From a cyanobacterium endosymbiont of Epithemia turgida isolate EtSB Lake Yunoko (GTDB lineage Bacteria; Cyanobacteriota; Cyanobacteriia; Cyanobacteriales; Microcystaceae), in the NCBI RefSeq assembly GCF_000829235.1, contig NZ_AP012549.1, positions 120,001-152,000 of the forward strand: a DNA stretch of 32,000 nucleotides. The letters run 5' to 3'. Below, piece by piece: positions 11,248 to 20,986 of this stretch (positions are counted from its first letter, which is position 1; each line of letters opens with the position of its first letter). A program made the translations under genes and the position numbers. The notes beneath the pieces were generated by a model. The model was given only the letters and a program-made list of their open reading frames with translations, had not been told where the DNA came from and searched no databases.

Positions 11248-14160
11248 GTGAAACAATCCTTAGATCCGTCTCCATTAAACTTAGATAAGCTTTTCCCCTT
11301 TGAACTAGATGAGTTTCAACAAGAAGCGATCACAGCCCTGACAGAGGGAAAGTCTGTTGTTATCTGTGCACCTACAGGTTCAGGGAAGACCGTTATTGGG
11401 GAATATGCAATTTACCATGCCTTAGAAAGAGGTAAGCGTGTTTTTTATACTACCCCCTTGAAAGCTCTTTCAAATCAAAAATTTCGTAATTTTCAAGATC
11501 AATTTTGTCCAGAGTTGGACCAAGAGGAGCAAAACTTAGTAGGGTTAATAACGGGAGACATAGTGATTAATGCTAATGCCTCCATCGTTATTATGACCAC
11601 TGAGATTTTCCGTAATATGCTTTACCGAACCCCTATCGGACAGGTAGGAACGTCTCTAGAAAACGTGGCTACCGTGATTTTAGATGAGTGTCACTATATA
11701 AGCAATCAAGATCGCGGAACAGTCTGGGAAGAATCTATTATTTATTGTCCTCCTACTATCCAATTGGTCGCTCTGTCGGCTACTATCGGTAACCCTAAGG
11801 ATCTTACCAATTGGATAAATCAAATCCGAAAAACTGCCCCGGGTATTGACTTAAATACTGATACAGTCAGTCTGTGTAAGTTGATTAATTCTAATTTTCG
11901 TCCCGTTCCTTTGAGGTTTTACTTTAGTAGTAAAACGGGACTTTCTTCGCTCCTTAATCAGAAACAAAATGCTCTCAATCCTTGTTTAAAATCTAAGGGA
12001 CAACAAAACCAAAAAAGGCGACTTAAACGTGAAGATTGTCCCAATCTAATAACAGTAATTAGACAACTCTATCAAGAAGACTTACTTCCTGCTATCTATG
12101 TTATTTTTAGTCGTCGAGGGTGCGATCAATCAGTACAGAAACTTAACAGTTTAACCTTAGTTTCTTCAGAAGAATCTCACGCTCTACAATATAATCTATT
12201 AACCTTTTTTCTTTCCAGAAATCTTCCCCTTCAAGAAAACCTACTTCAGGTGGTTCAAATTGAAAATCTTCCCCTATACCAACCATTATTAAACTTTTTA
12301 TCTAATCTATCTTATGATGCCGATTTGTTTGATTATCTAAGAAAAGATGAAGAAGCAAAAATCTATTTATTTCAATTATTAGCTAAAAAGTGTCAATTAG
12401 TCAGAGGTGACCAACTTGAACCTCTAACCAGAGGCATTGCTGCCCATCATGCGGGAATTCTTCCTGTTTGGAAGGAATTAGTAGAGCAGTTGTTTGAGGC
12501 AGGTTTAGTTAAAGTGGTGTTTGCCACTGCAACCTTATCAGCAGGAATTAACATGCCAGCGCGAACTACGGTGATTTCTGCTCTTTCCAAACGGACCGAT
12601 ACTGGACATAGCATGTTGAGACCATCCGAATTTTTACAAATTGCTGGGCGGGCAGGACGACGAGGAATGGATAAGGTAGGTTATGTAATAACGGTCCAAA
12701 CCCCCTTTGAAGGAGCAAAAGAAGCTGCTTATCTAGCAACTGCCGACTTGGAACCTCTAAAAAGTTGCTTTACTCCATCCTATGGCATGGTTTTAAATCT
12801 TTTGCAAAAACAGACTTTAGAGGAAGCCAAACACTTACTGGAGAGAAGTTTTGCAGAATACCTGGCCCAATTAGAATTAGAACCTGAAAAGCGGAATATT
12901 GCCAGTTTGACTACTGAATTAACAAAAGTGGATATTGATTTAGCAGGACTGACAGAAACCGATCTCTTTACTTACGAGAAACTTAAGGCTCGTCTTAAAG
13001 AAGAACAGCGATTGCTGAAAATTCTACAACAGCAAGCAGAGAAAACCCATAGACAAAAAATATCCCCTCAATTGGATAAGTTGAATTTGGGAGCTCTTTT
13101 TTATCTCAAAGGAAACCGTCTAAAATTGCGCAGTCCTCACTTAGCCGTATTAGTAGCAATTTTGCCTGGCTCAGGAAAGTCTTATGATTATCTATGTTTA
13201 GGGGAAGATAACTATTGGTATAGAGTAAAACGTAACGATGTAGTCGATATCAGTGAAACTTATCTCCCCCTTAATGTAATTAAGGAGCTAAATTTGCCCG
13301 ACCTTGATACTCTTCCTTTCGGCAAAAGTCATAAAGGTGATGAGAATTGTGCAAAGATCCACAGTCAAATACGTGACCATGCTTTTTCGTTGAAGCTCGC
13401 CCCGGAGTTAATCGAGCAACAGCAACGTATTAATAACATTCAAGAGAAAATAGACAGTCATCCCTTTTCCCAACAAAAAAATCCGACTCGTTTACTAAAA
13501 CTACACCGTCAACGCTTGAAACTCCGAGAACAACTCCATATTAGCCATGTCAGATTTCATAAACTCCAGTCTCGTCAATCCTATTATTGGGAAGAATTCC
13601 TTAATTTAATCGATATTTTAAGAGAGTTTAAAGCATTTAATGGTCATGAACCCACGACTCTAGGGCAAGTTTGCGCTACCATTCGAGGAGAAAACGAACT
13701 TTGGTTAGGACTGGTAATTATGTCTGGATCCCTCGAAGGTTTAGAGTCTCATCATCTGGCTGCTGTGGTGAGTGCCTTAATCACTGAAACCTTGCGCCAC
13801 GACACTTGGACAAATTACTCCCCATCTCCAGAGATTTTAAATGTTTTTAATTATTCAGATGAAAACAAAGTAAGTTTGAGAGAAATTCGTCGTCTCCTTT
13901 GCGAATCTCAATCTCGGTATGATATCACTATTCCAGTGTGGTTAGGGTTGGAATTGACAGGAGTAATTGAACAGTGGGCTTTAGGGACAGACTGGCAGGA
14001 ATTGTGCAATAATACGAGTCTTGACGAAGGGGACTTAGTGCGCTTGTTGCGACGAACTATCGACCTTCTTTTGCAAATTCCCCAAATTCCAAATATTTCT
14101 AGATATCTCAAGAGATCTGCTAAGGACGCCGTGACTAAACTTAAAAGATTTCCAATTTAG
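11248..14160 (+). CDS. Ski2-like DEAD/DEAH-box helicase (HelY-type, with C-terminal DSHCT-like region)
   Basis: 970-aa ORF with a GTG start. Motif I APTGSGKT, motif II LDECH, SAT, and helicase C motifs (HHAGILP, QIAGRAGRRG). The long helical C-terminal domain is typical of Ski2/Mtr4-like proteins. Confidence 0.88.
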   Translation: MKQSLDPSPLNLDKLFPFELDEFQQEAITALTEGKSVVICAPTGSGKTVIGEYAIYHALERGKRVFYTTPLKALSNQKFRNFQDQFCPELDQEEQNLVGLITGDIVINANASIVIMTTEIFRNMLYRTPIGQVGTSLENVATVILDECHYISNQDRGTVWEESIIYCPPTIQLVALSATIGNPKDLTNWINQIRKTAPGIDLNTDTVSLCKLINSNFRPVPLRFYFSSKTGLSSLLNQKQNALNPCLKSKGQQNQKRRLKREDCPNLITVIRQLYQEDLLPAIYVIFSRRGCDQSVQKLNSLTLVSSEESHALQYNLLTFFLSRNLPLQENLLQVVQIENLPLYQPLLNFLSNLSYDADLFDYLRKDEEAKIYLFQLLAKKCQLVRGDQLEPLTRGIAAHHAGILPVWKELVEQLFEAGLVKVVFATATLSAGINMPARTTVISALSKRTDTGHSMLRPSEFLQIAGRAGRRGMDKVGYVITVQTPFEGAKEAAYLATADLEPLKSCFTPSYGMVLNLLQKQTLEEAKHLLERSFAEYLAQLELEPEKRNIASLTTELTKVDIDLAGLTETDLFTYEKLKARLKEEQRLLKILQQQAEKTHRQKISPQLDKLNLGALFYLKGNRLKLRSPHLAVLVAILPGSGKSYDYLCLGEDNYWYRVKRNDVVDISETYLPLNVIKELNLPDLDTLPFGKSHKGDENCAKIHSQIRDHAFSLKLAPELIEQQQRINNIQEKIDSHPFSQQKNPTRLLKLHRQRLKLREQLHISHVRFHKLQSRQSYYWEEFLNLIDILREFKAFNGHEPTTLGQVCATIRGENELWLGLVIMSGSLEGLESHHLAAVVSALITETLRHDTWTNYSPSPEILNVFNYSDENKVSLREIRRLLCESQSRYDITIPVWLGLELTGVIEQWALGTDWQELCNNTSLDEGDLVRLLRRTIDLLLQIPQIPNISRYLKRSAKDAVTKLKRFPI

Positions 14161-14253
14161 GTTTACAAGTTTTAATATGCGAAGTCTTTTTATAAACAGA
14201 TCTCTATGCTGAGCCATCGCTGAAATTTTAAGAGTTATGATTAGAATTTCGCT

Positions 14254-14283
14254 TCTCTTTTCCATTATATAATGGAAAAGAGA
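14254..14283. repeat. Perfect 30-bp palindrome 11 nt upstream of tRNA-Ser(CGA)
   Basis: tctcttttccattat|ataatggaaaagaga, with 15-bp arms checked by hand. It lies between the helicase stop (14160) and the tRNA start (14295). Confidence 0.85.
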
Positions 14284-14294
14284 GCATCTACCTT

Positions 14295-14382
14295 TGGAGA
14301 GGTGGCAGAGTGGTTGAATGCGGCGGTCTCGAAAACCGTTTCTGAATTAACTCAGACGAGGGTTCGAATCCCTCCCTCTCCG
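14295..14382 (+). tRNA. tRNA-Ser (anticodon CGA), class II with long variable arm; CCA not encoded
   Basis: Acceptor GGAGAGG/CCTCTCC, D-arm GCAGAGTGGTTGAATGC, anticodon loop CT-CGA-AA, variable stem TCTGA..TCAGA, T-arm GAGGGTTCGAATCCCTC. Confidence 0.93.
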
Positions 14383-14390
14383 CTATAGTT

Positions 14391-14435
14391 ACAAACCGTT
14401 TTCAAGTAGACCATGTCTACCTGAAAACGGTTTGT
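14391..14435. terminator. Bidirectional hairpin between tRNA-Ser(CGA) and the convergent bcp gene
   Basis: acaaaccgttttca-a-gtagac / cat / gtctac-c-tgaaaacggtttgt. That is 20 bp of stem with one 1x1 mismatch and a 3-nt loop. It directly abuts the bcp stop codon (14436-14438) and is 9 nt after the tRNA 3' end. Confidence 0.75.
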
Positions 14436-14870
14436 TTATCCTAATGTTGCCAAAATATCTTGAGCGTGACTATCAGTTTTGACCTTTTCATCTACATGGT
14501 TAATTCTACCTTCATTACCTATAATATAGGTAACACGCTTAGAACGAACTCCGTCGTGTACATCGTAGGACTTAGTGATCTCTCCATCACTATCAACGAG
14601 GAGCTGAAATGGTAAGCTGTACTTTTCTTTGAACTTGCGGTGAGAGGACTGTTCATCCATACTAATTCCAAGGATAACTATTTCTTTATCCTGATACTGA
14701 CTGTAATTATCACGGAAACTTTGAGCCTCTTTGGTACAACCAGGGGTATCATCCTTGGGATAAAAATACATAACAATGACTTTGCCTTTAAAATCAGATA
14801 AGGAAACAGTTTTGCCTTCATCATCTATAGTAGTAAAGTCTGGTGCAATAGTTCCAAGAGATAAAACCAT
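14436..14870 (-). CDS. bcp: Thioredoxin-dependent peroxiredoxin (Bcp/PrxQ type)
   Basis: 144-aa ORF with the peroxidatic Cys motif YPKDDTPGCTKEA and an AhpC/TSA fold pattern. Confidence 0.9.
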   Translation of the reverse strand: MVLSLGTIAPDFTTIDDEGKTVSLSDFKGKVIVMYFYPKDDTPGCTKEAQSFRDNYSQYQDKEIVILGISMDEQSSHRKFKEKYSLPFQLLVDSDGEITKSYDVHDGVRSKRVTYIIGNEGRINHVDEKVKTDSHAQDILATLG

Positions 14871-14981
14871 AATTCCTAAGTATTTAGATTAAAAGTTTAT
14901 TAGTTCCGATCATAATATCTTAAATGTTTTTTGAACACCCTTAATGATAAAAATGTTATAATTTCACCCTAAAAAATCTTT

Positions 14982-15401
14982 ATGACTGCTTCTTCAACTG
15001 AAGTTCTAACTCCCTCAGACCTCAACTATTCTAACAAGACTCTAAAACGGGCTGAACGTGCTTTACGTTGCACTTCGTTTAAGTTATCTTTATTTGTTAC
15101 CATGAGGAAAAATAGTGTGCCTCTATCTGAAATTGCTCTATCTACCGGTGTTGAAAAAAAATATACTCAAAAATTTCTTTCAGAACAACAAACCGAAACA
15201 GACTTGATATGGTTAATTACTGTGGGTATCCTACGACGGGAAGTTGATGGACAAGGGATTACCGATAGTTTTCGTTTGACTCCCTTAGGACGGAAAGTTA
15301 TCCTTAAATGGGAAAGTGAAGGCAAAGAAGTGTCTAAAGCTTTGTGGTGGGATCGTATCGTAGATAACTTAACCCGTTGGATTCGTTTTTTCTTATTTTA
15401 A
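14982..15401 (+). CDS. Conserved cyanobacterial hypothetical protein
   Basis: 139-aa ORF with an ATG start and coding-like composition. It resembles a small protein family seen widely in cyanobacteria; I recall it as Npun_F0494-like but cannot verify that. Divergent from bcp. Confidence 0.6.
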   Translation: MTASSTEVLTPSDLNYSNKTLKRAERALRCTSFKLSLFVTMRKNSVPLSEIALSTGVEKKYTQKFLSEQQTETDLIWLITVGILRREVDGQGITDSFRLTPLGRKVILKWESEGKEVSKALWWDRIVDNLTRWIRFFLF

Positions 15402-15469
15402 AGATACAAAAAGTCATTGGCCTAGCTGGACACAAGTATTATGTCCTTAATACTAGGTTAAACTTATTT

Positions 15470-16899
15470 ATGAACTCTATAATCCTACTAGGAACAACAT
15501 CCCACGCTGGAAAATATTTTCTCATTGCGGCTGGCTGGCTATTTGTCGAATTTTAGTTCGTCAAAGATGGCGTGTTACCCCATTTAAGGGACAAAATATG
15601 GCATTGAATACCTACTCCTAATGGCAGGGAAATTGGACCCGCCTAAGCAGTACAAGCCTGGGCGGCTAAAATAACTCTTACAGTCGAAATGAATCTCATT
15701 TTACTGAAACCTCAAGGAAATATGATTTTTTAAGTCATTATAAAGGAAAATATGATAGGAACAACTCATGCAGCTGAATCTTATGAAAGGTATTTTGATT
15801 AAGAATGGAATGCTATTACATCATATCTTGAGCGTTTAAAAACAAGATGTGACGTGATCGTCTGTGAAGGTACCGGTAGTCCTGCTGAAATAAATATAAA
15901 ATGGGATTTAGCGAATGAATATGCAAGTTGCTCGCTATTTAAACGCAGCAATCATTTTGGTAGTTGATATTGATCGCGGAGGAGCGTTTGCCCATGTGGG
16001 AAGACATTACAACTTCTTGAACCTAAAGAAAGGGCATTAATTAATGGTATTATTACCAATAAGTTTCGGGGACAGCGATCGTTATTAGATTCAGGGATTG
16101 ATTGCTTAAAAAATTACACTTGAATTCCTGTCTTGGTAGTCATTCCTTGGCGTGATGTTGTGTTTCCTTCGGAAGATTATTTGAATTTATTAGATTGACA
16201 ACCATTCAATAGAAAAGAAAATTTAACCATTAATCTTCTTAGCTTACCTCATATTTCGAATTTCATAGATTTTTATCCTTTAGATGCAGGACTAACAGTT
16301 GATTTAAACTATCTTAATATACAAGACTTTTTGAACCATACTAATGCGGTAATTATCACAAGATTTCAAACTATTATCGTTGATTTGATTAAAATTTATG
16401 AAAGTGAAATGGAAAAAAATACCAGATTATATTAAATCAGAAGGTGTTGTCATTAGGATTTGCAGCTGGTTTCAAATGTCAGGAAAACAGATACTCCATC
16501 CTAAGTAATTAGAGGACCATCAATATTTCTATTTAGGCTTAGATTTACTTCTAATGGAAACAGTTATTACCCCTAAAAAAATTTATCGTCAACTAAAAGT
16601 AATGTCTAATTATACCGAATATAATTTAATTGTAATAGGGTATAAAATAAACCAAGGAATTACTTGTTTAATTACGGTCTCAGAAGCAATAAAAGACTTT
16701 GTATTCTTTATTTGATGATTCTAGTTTGGGGGTGTTATTTACACGAACTATTTAATAATGGAGTCTGGCGACGGACTTGGTTAAATTTTTTATGTTAACG
16801 TAGGGAGTTATCTCCTTTGTCTACAGCGATGAGCAATTACTACAAACATAGCTGAATTTGGTGGAGGAATTTGTTTATTCAAAAACCATATTAAATTAA
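15470..16899 (+). pseudogene. cobQ: Cobyric acid synthase (cobQ) pseudogene with multiple frameshifts and in-frame stops
   Basis: Hand translation recovers CobQ segments in shifting frames. These are MNSIILLGTTSHAGKYF..(stop 15554), RWRVTPFKGQNMALNTY, NGREIGPA*AVQAWAA (TAA at 15644), VEMNLILLKPQGNMIF*VIIK, VCEGTGSPAEINIK, ARYLNAAIILVVDIDRGGAFAHV, ITNKFRGQRSLLDSGI, GYKINQGIT and NGVWRRTWLNFL. No ORF of 60 aa or more survives. Confidence 0.9.
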
Positions 16900-16934
16900 T
16901 TAATAGATTGTTAATCTTAAAGTTTCAAAAAGTT

Positions 16935-17174
16935 ATGACAGTTAAAGTACAATTTCTTCCTCATTCAATCACTATCGAAGCCCAGCCCGGTGAACTTATA
17001 TTAGAGGTAGCACAAAAAGCAGGGGTGTTTATTCCCACAGGATGTTTAATGGGTTCTTGTCATGCTTGTGAAGTGGAATTAGGAGAAGGAAATCCTGTTT
17101 GTTCCTGTATTAAAGTAATTCCTGCTGGAAGTGATTTTTTAAATATCTATGTCTATTCCGATCCTGTTTGGTGA
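16935..17174 (+). CDS. Small plant-type 2Fe-2S ferredoxin-like protein
   Basis: ORF track 16908..17174. The ATG at 16935 gives MTVKVQFLP... The Cys pattern is C-x4-C-x2-C (CLMGSCHAC) plus a downstream CSC. Confidence 0.7.
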   Translation: MTVKVQFLPHSITIEAQPGELILEVAQKAGVFIPTGCLMGSCHACEVELGEGNPVCSCIKVIPAGSDFLNIYVYSDPVW

Positions 17175-17445
17175 TTATCGTATCTATAATAAATAGAGTC
17201 TTTTTATGTTATACAAATTTTTAAGTTATTGACTAAATCAATAACTTCTTACTGCTATGCATCGACTTTTTTCCAAAAATTTTACATCTTCAATTTAACT
17301 TTTTGGATTAACTGGGGATAAATTACCAGATTTCAATTGCTTAATCATTTTTTAAACCCAAAGGACAAAATCTTAATCGTATCGTAGAAGATTTTCAGCT
17401 ATAAAGTAATAAATTTTATACTTTCATCCTACCTAACTCTATCTA

Positions 17446-17532
17446 CGGAGAGGGAGGGATTCGAACCCTCGTTAAAGTTACCCTTAAACAGCATTTCCAG
17501 TGCTGCGCCTTCAACCACTCGGCCACCTCTCC
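17446..17532 (-). tRNA. tRNA-Ser (anticodon GGA), class II; CCA not encoded
   Basis: The reverse complement reads GGAGAGGTGGCCGAGTGGTTGAAGGCGCAGCACTGGAAATGCTG..variable arm..GAGGGTTCGAATCCCTCCCTCTCCG. The anticodon loop is CT-GGA-AA. Confidence 0.92.
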
Positions 17533-17584
17533 ATGTTATGTTACAAACCATCATTATAGTATCAAATCTTATATTATGTCAAGT

Positions 17585-17721
17585 TTTATGGTAAAACCTG
17601 TGGGCAGAAAACAAAGTAAGGGGTATAAGTAATATTTTTTGACGATAAAATATTACTTATACTCCAGGACTTGCCATTGACCACAATAAACCCCCAGTAA
17701 TTACGCTGTTTTTACCATAAA
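17585..17721. other. About 137-nt structured element: a 12-bp closing helix around a 16-19-bp hairpin
   Basis: tttatggtaaaa (17585-17596) pairs with ttttaccataaa (17710-17721). The internal hairpin is gtataagtaatatttt / ttgacgat / aaaatattacttatac (17623-17662). Its strand and function are unknown. Confidence 0.4.
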
Positions 17722-17950
17722 CGTCTAGAGGTTAACAGGATACATCAAAAATGTTCTAACACTCTCACTTGCAGATAAATATAGATAAGCTCGCAAAACA
17801 TTATTTCTTTTTTCTCTCATAAGAAGTGTATTTCTTTTCTATTGCTGTTGGGTTTTACTTCTTGAGCAGTGACAACTAAGATGAATTGACGAATGGAAGA
17901 TCAAAAAAATTATCTATAATATGATCACTGGTAAATTAGTAGTATAATTT

Positions 17951-18112
17951 ATGGCAAGTCAACCTTTAAAATCCAATTTACCGAGAAAAACTTGTCCAGT
18001 TTGTGGATTTTCTTTTACCTGGCGTAAAAAGTGGGCTAAGTGTTGGGATGAGGTGAAGTATTGTTCCAAACGCTGCCGTAAGCGTGTTTTTCAGTTAAAA
18101 CGGTCATCTTGA
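17951..18112 (+). CDS. DUF2256-like small zinc-ribbon protein (53 aa); below the ORF-track cutoff
   Basis: Hand translation gives [53 protein letters not shown]. CxxC...CxxxC with the KYCSxRCR signature is typical of DUF2256. Confidence 0.75.
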   Translation: MASQPLKSNLPRKTCPVCGFSFTWRKKWAKCWDEVKYCSKRCRKRVFQLKRSS

Positions 18113-19334
18113 CTTTTAACTTCACTTATGACTACAGTTAAACCTAAATTTATTATTCATAGTAATACAAGTTTTCTTACAGATAAAGGAGATTTAGAAA
18201 GTTTTTGTTAACTCCTACACAATATTGTTAGTGAAATTTATCAACTATTTAAAAATAAAGAAAGTACGATAAATAATGTAGTTTTAGGTTGTCAAGATAT
18301 AGAAAGTAAACTCCGATTTAATGTTGGAATTAGATCGAAGTTTATTTTCGATAGACTAGTTCACATTACTGTTTGGTTAATGGATAGAACTAAGCAAATA
18401 TTTAGCGGCATAATCAAGGTCTCCTCCCTCAAAATTTCATTTAATTAGCCTAATTTTATAAATCTAAAGTGATAAAACTTTTTCTGCTCTCTATTCGGTA
18501 AAATTGGTCGAAGAACCTAATATTTTCATTTATGATCCGCTCACAGAGTTTTGTATATTAAAAAAATGACTCGAAAAATGAAAAAACAACTTTTAAGGTA
18601 AGACGTGCTGATTTATTGCTCAACTGTATTCAGAAACAAGAGGGTTCTATTGGAATGGTTATCCGAGATAAATAAGGAAATATTGCTGCAATTACTTCTA
18701 CAGAGGTCAACTTGAGAGATCAGAGCGGGGACTCAGCGATGCTGCCTGGGATGCTAACTCCCACAATGATGTGGCTTGTATAAAAGTGGTAAGGGATATC
18801 GTCAATAGAGTGTTTAGCGGTAAAAATTGTTATTCAGGTGAGTGATAGAATGAACTTGTCCGATACTTTGTAAAAATATAAAATCAACTAAAACAAACTA
18901 GGTGCAATAGTTCTTGAATTAAAGTGGGTTTATTACTTAGGGCAAAACCTGTCAAATCATTTTTGCCGCTTACCACAGCAATTTTATCAAAAATAAACCC
19001 TGGAATGTAAACTGATAGAATTTATAGGTTATTCTGACAGGGAGACTATAGGAAATAGAAAGTAGGCTTCAGGAGAAGCGCCATTACAAATATAACCATA
19101 AAACCTAAGACTATAATAGAGTTTACAAAGATTAATTAAAGAATAAATTTTAGATTTAAGGCTGTTAGCAATTTCATCTCTTTTCCTTAACGTTCCTGTT
19201 ATAACTTTATTTTGAAAAGTAAAGATCTATAAAACTTATAGTCTATAATATCTATCAATGCTTCAGCATTTCTAAGTAATAACATAAAAATACATAAAAT
19301 CCTATTACAAATTTAAAATAAGGTTCTTTAAATT

Positions 19335-19706
19335 ATGGCAACTTGGCAATGTGTAACAGGATGTGGAGCTTGTTGCAATCTTGATCCAGTAGACCGTCCG
19401 GATTTAGAAGATTATTTGACCCCGGAAGAAATAACCCATTACTTCAGTTTAGTGGGAAAAAGGGGGTGGTGTATTAACTTTAATCACAACACCCGTAAAT
19501 GTCGTATTTATCAAACCCGTCCTGATTTTTGTCGGGTAACACCAAAAACATTCGAGACAATGTATAAGGTTGAGAAAGTACAGTTTAATGATTTTGCTAT
19601 TAAATGTTGCCAGCAACAAATTGCAGGAATTTACGGAGAAAATAGCTTCGAAATGAAGCATTACAACCAATTAGTGATGGTAGATAAAAAGACGGAAGGT
19701 GAATAA
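19335..19706 (+). CDS. YkgJ-family cysteine-cluster (CxxCxxCC) protein
   Basis: 123-aa ORF with N-terminal CVTGCGACC, WCINFNHNTRKCRIYQTRPDFCR, and a second Cys pair KCC. Confidence 0.8.
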   Translation: MATWQCVTGCGACCNLDPVDRPDLEDYLTPEEITHYFSLVGKRGWCINFNHNTRKCRIYQTRPDFCRVTPKTFETMYKVEKVQFNDFAIKCCQQQIAGIYGENSFEMKHYNQLVMVDKKTEGE

Positions 19707-19954
19707 ATCGGTACTGTTGGAATCCTCTTTTCAAGGCAGATTTTTAATATATAAGGAAGGGGTAGCTCAAAAATTGATTTACATTTTATGTTGCAAAATC
19801 GACCAAAGCTCACTCTAATTTATCTGTTTTGTTTCCTAGTAAATGATTAAACAAGGAGTAAATTCAACTTCATGGTTGAGCCAAAGTAGTATCTACATCT
19901 TATTTTGAGTTTCACTATTGCATCAATATTTTTTGCATAAATGGGCAATACAAC

Positions 19955-19978
19955 CTAATTAATAACGTTATTAATTAG
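19955..19978. repeat. Perfect 24-bp palindrome
   Basis: ctaattaataac|gttattaattag, checked by hand. Confidence 0.7.
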
Positions 19979-20986
19979 AGTAAAATCTCAGTTTTTTATA
20001 ATTTTAGCTATCGCTTTAATTATTTACTACTAGTTTGTTTAGAGTATTAATTGGAAATTTACTCTTTTATCGTTTATTCTTCTTTCTCTGTTATTAATCT
20101 AAGAGATTATCTCGGATTTGTGATATATCATATGATATAGTAACTAGTTAATCAGTAGAAACTACTCCTGAGCTATGCATCTAAAAAATGTAGAATCCTG
20201 ATAATCTAAAGGTTTTTAATGAGTTATTTAACTATATATATTATCAAAAAAATTAGTTAATTAAATCGATTTAATCTATTAGATTTTGAGAATAACTAGT
20301 ATCTAAATAAATTTTGGGTTGGAGTTTATAGACAAGTTATTAGCCTGGTCATAGGCGGTATTTATCTGGCAGCAGTCAATATCAAAATAAATAATTGTAA
20401 TCTGTTATTTTGATAAAGTAGAAAAAATTACAATTAATTAAATTGTTTCTATACTTAATCTATAGAGTTTCAGTGTTTACCTTGTTCCATAAAGTTGATG
20501 CAGATTAAAATCATAACTAAAAAATAGTTTAGTTCACAGCATTAAATGTTGTAAACTAAATTGTTATATCTGTAGCTTCATCTCAATTTCAATAATTTAT
20601 TTAAAAATCTAATAAAAAGATTTATTTGTGTACATCATTTACGTTTTATTTCTGAGATTCATGAAATATATGAAGTTAAAGCTATCTATAATGTATATAT
20701 TATTTATGCAAACTGCTATGTTATAGCCTATAGCTGTATTCGTTTATAAGTTTAAAAATTTATTAATTTTTAAACTTAGCTAAATATTATTCTGTTTTAC
20801 AGAAGGTATCTATACATAAAAATATATTCGACGATTTTGATAGTTGGGTAAACTGAAAGAGATCTAGCTATCAACTGTTTAAGTTTCCTATAATTTTACA
20901 ATTACTAGTCTCTTATGGTTTAAGATAAGTTATGATTTTTAATCATAAAATTAGCTACTACTTTCACCTGTAAAGATGTCCAAAGT

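Noticed and set aside
13908-14265. Minus-strand ORFs 13908..14111 and 14035..14265
   Set aside because: They are antisense to the helicase 3' end. The second begins inside the 30-bp palindrome (atggaaaagaga), so it is an accident of that symmetry.
19449-19670. 73-aa minus-strand ORF inside the YkgJ gene
   Set aside because: It is an antisense shadow; the plus-strand product carries the clear Cys-cluster motifs.
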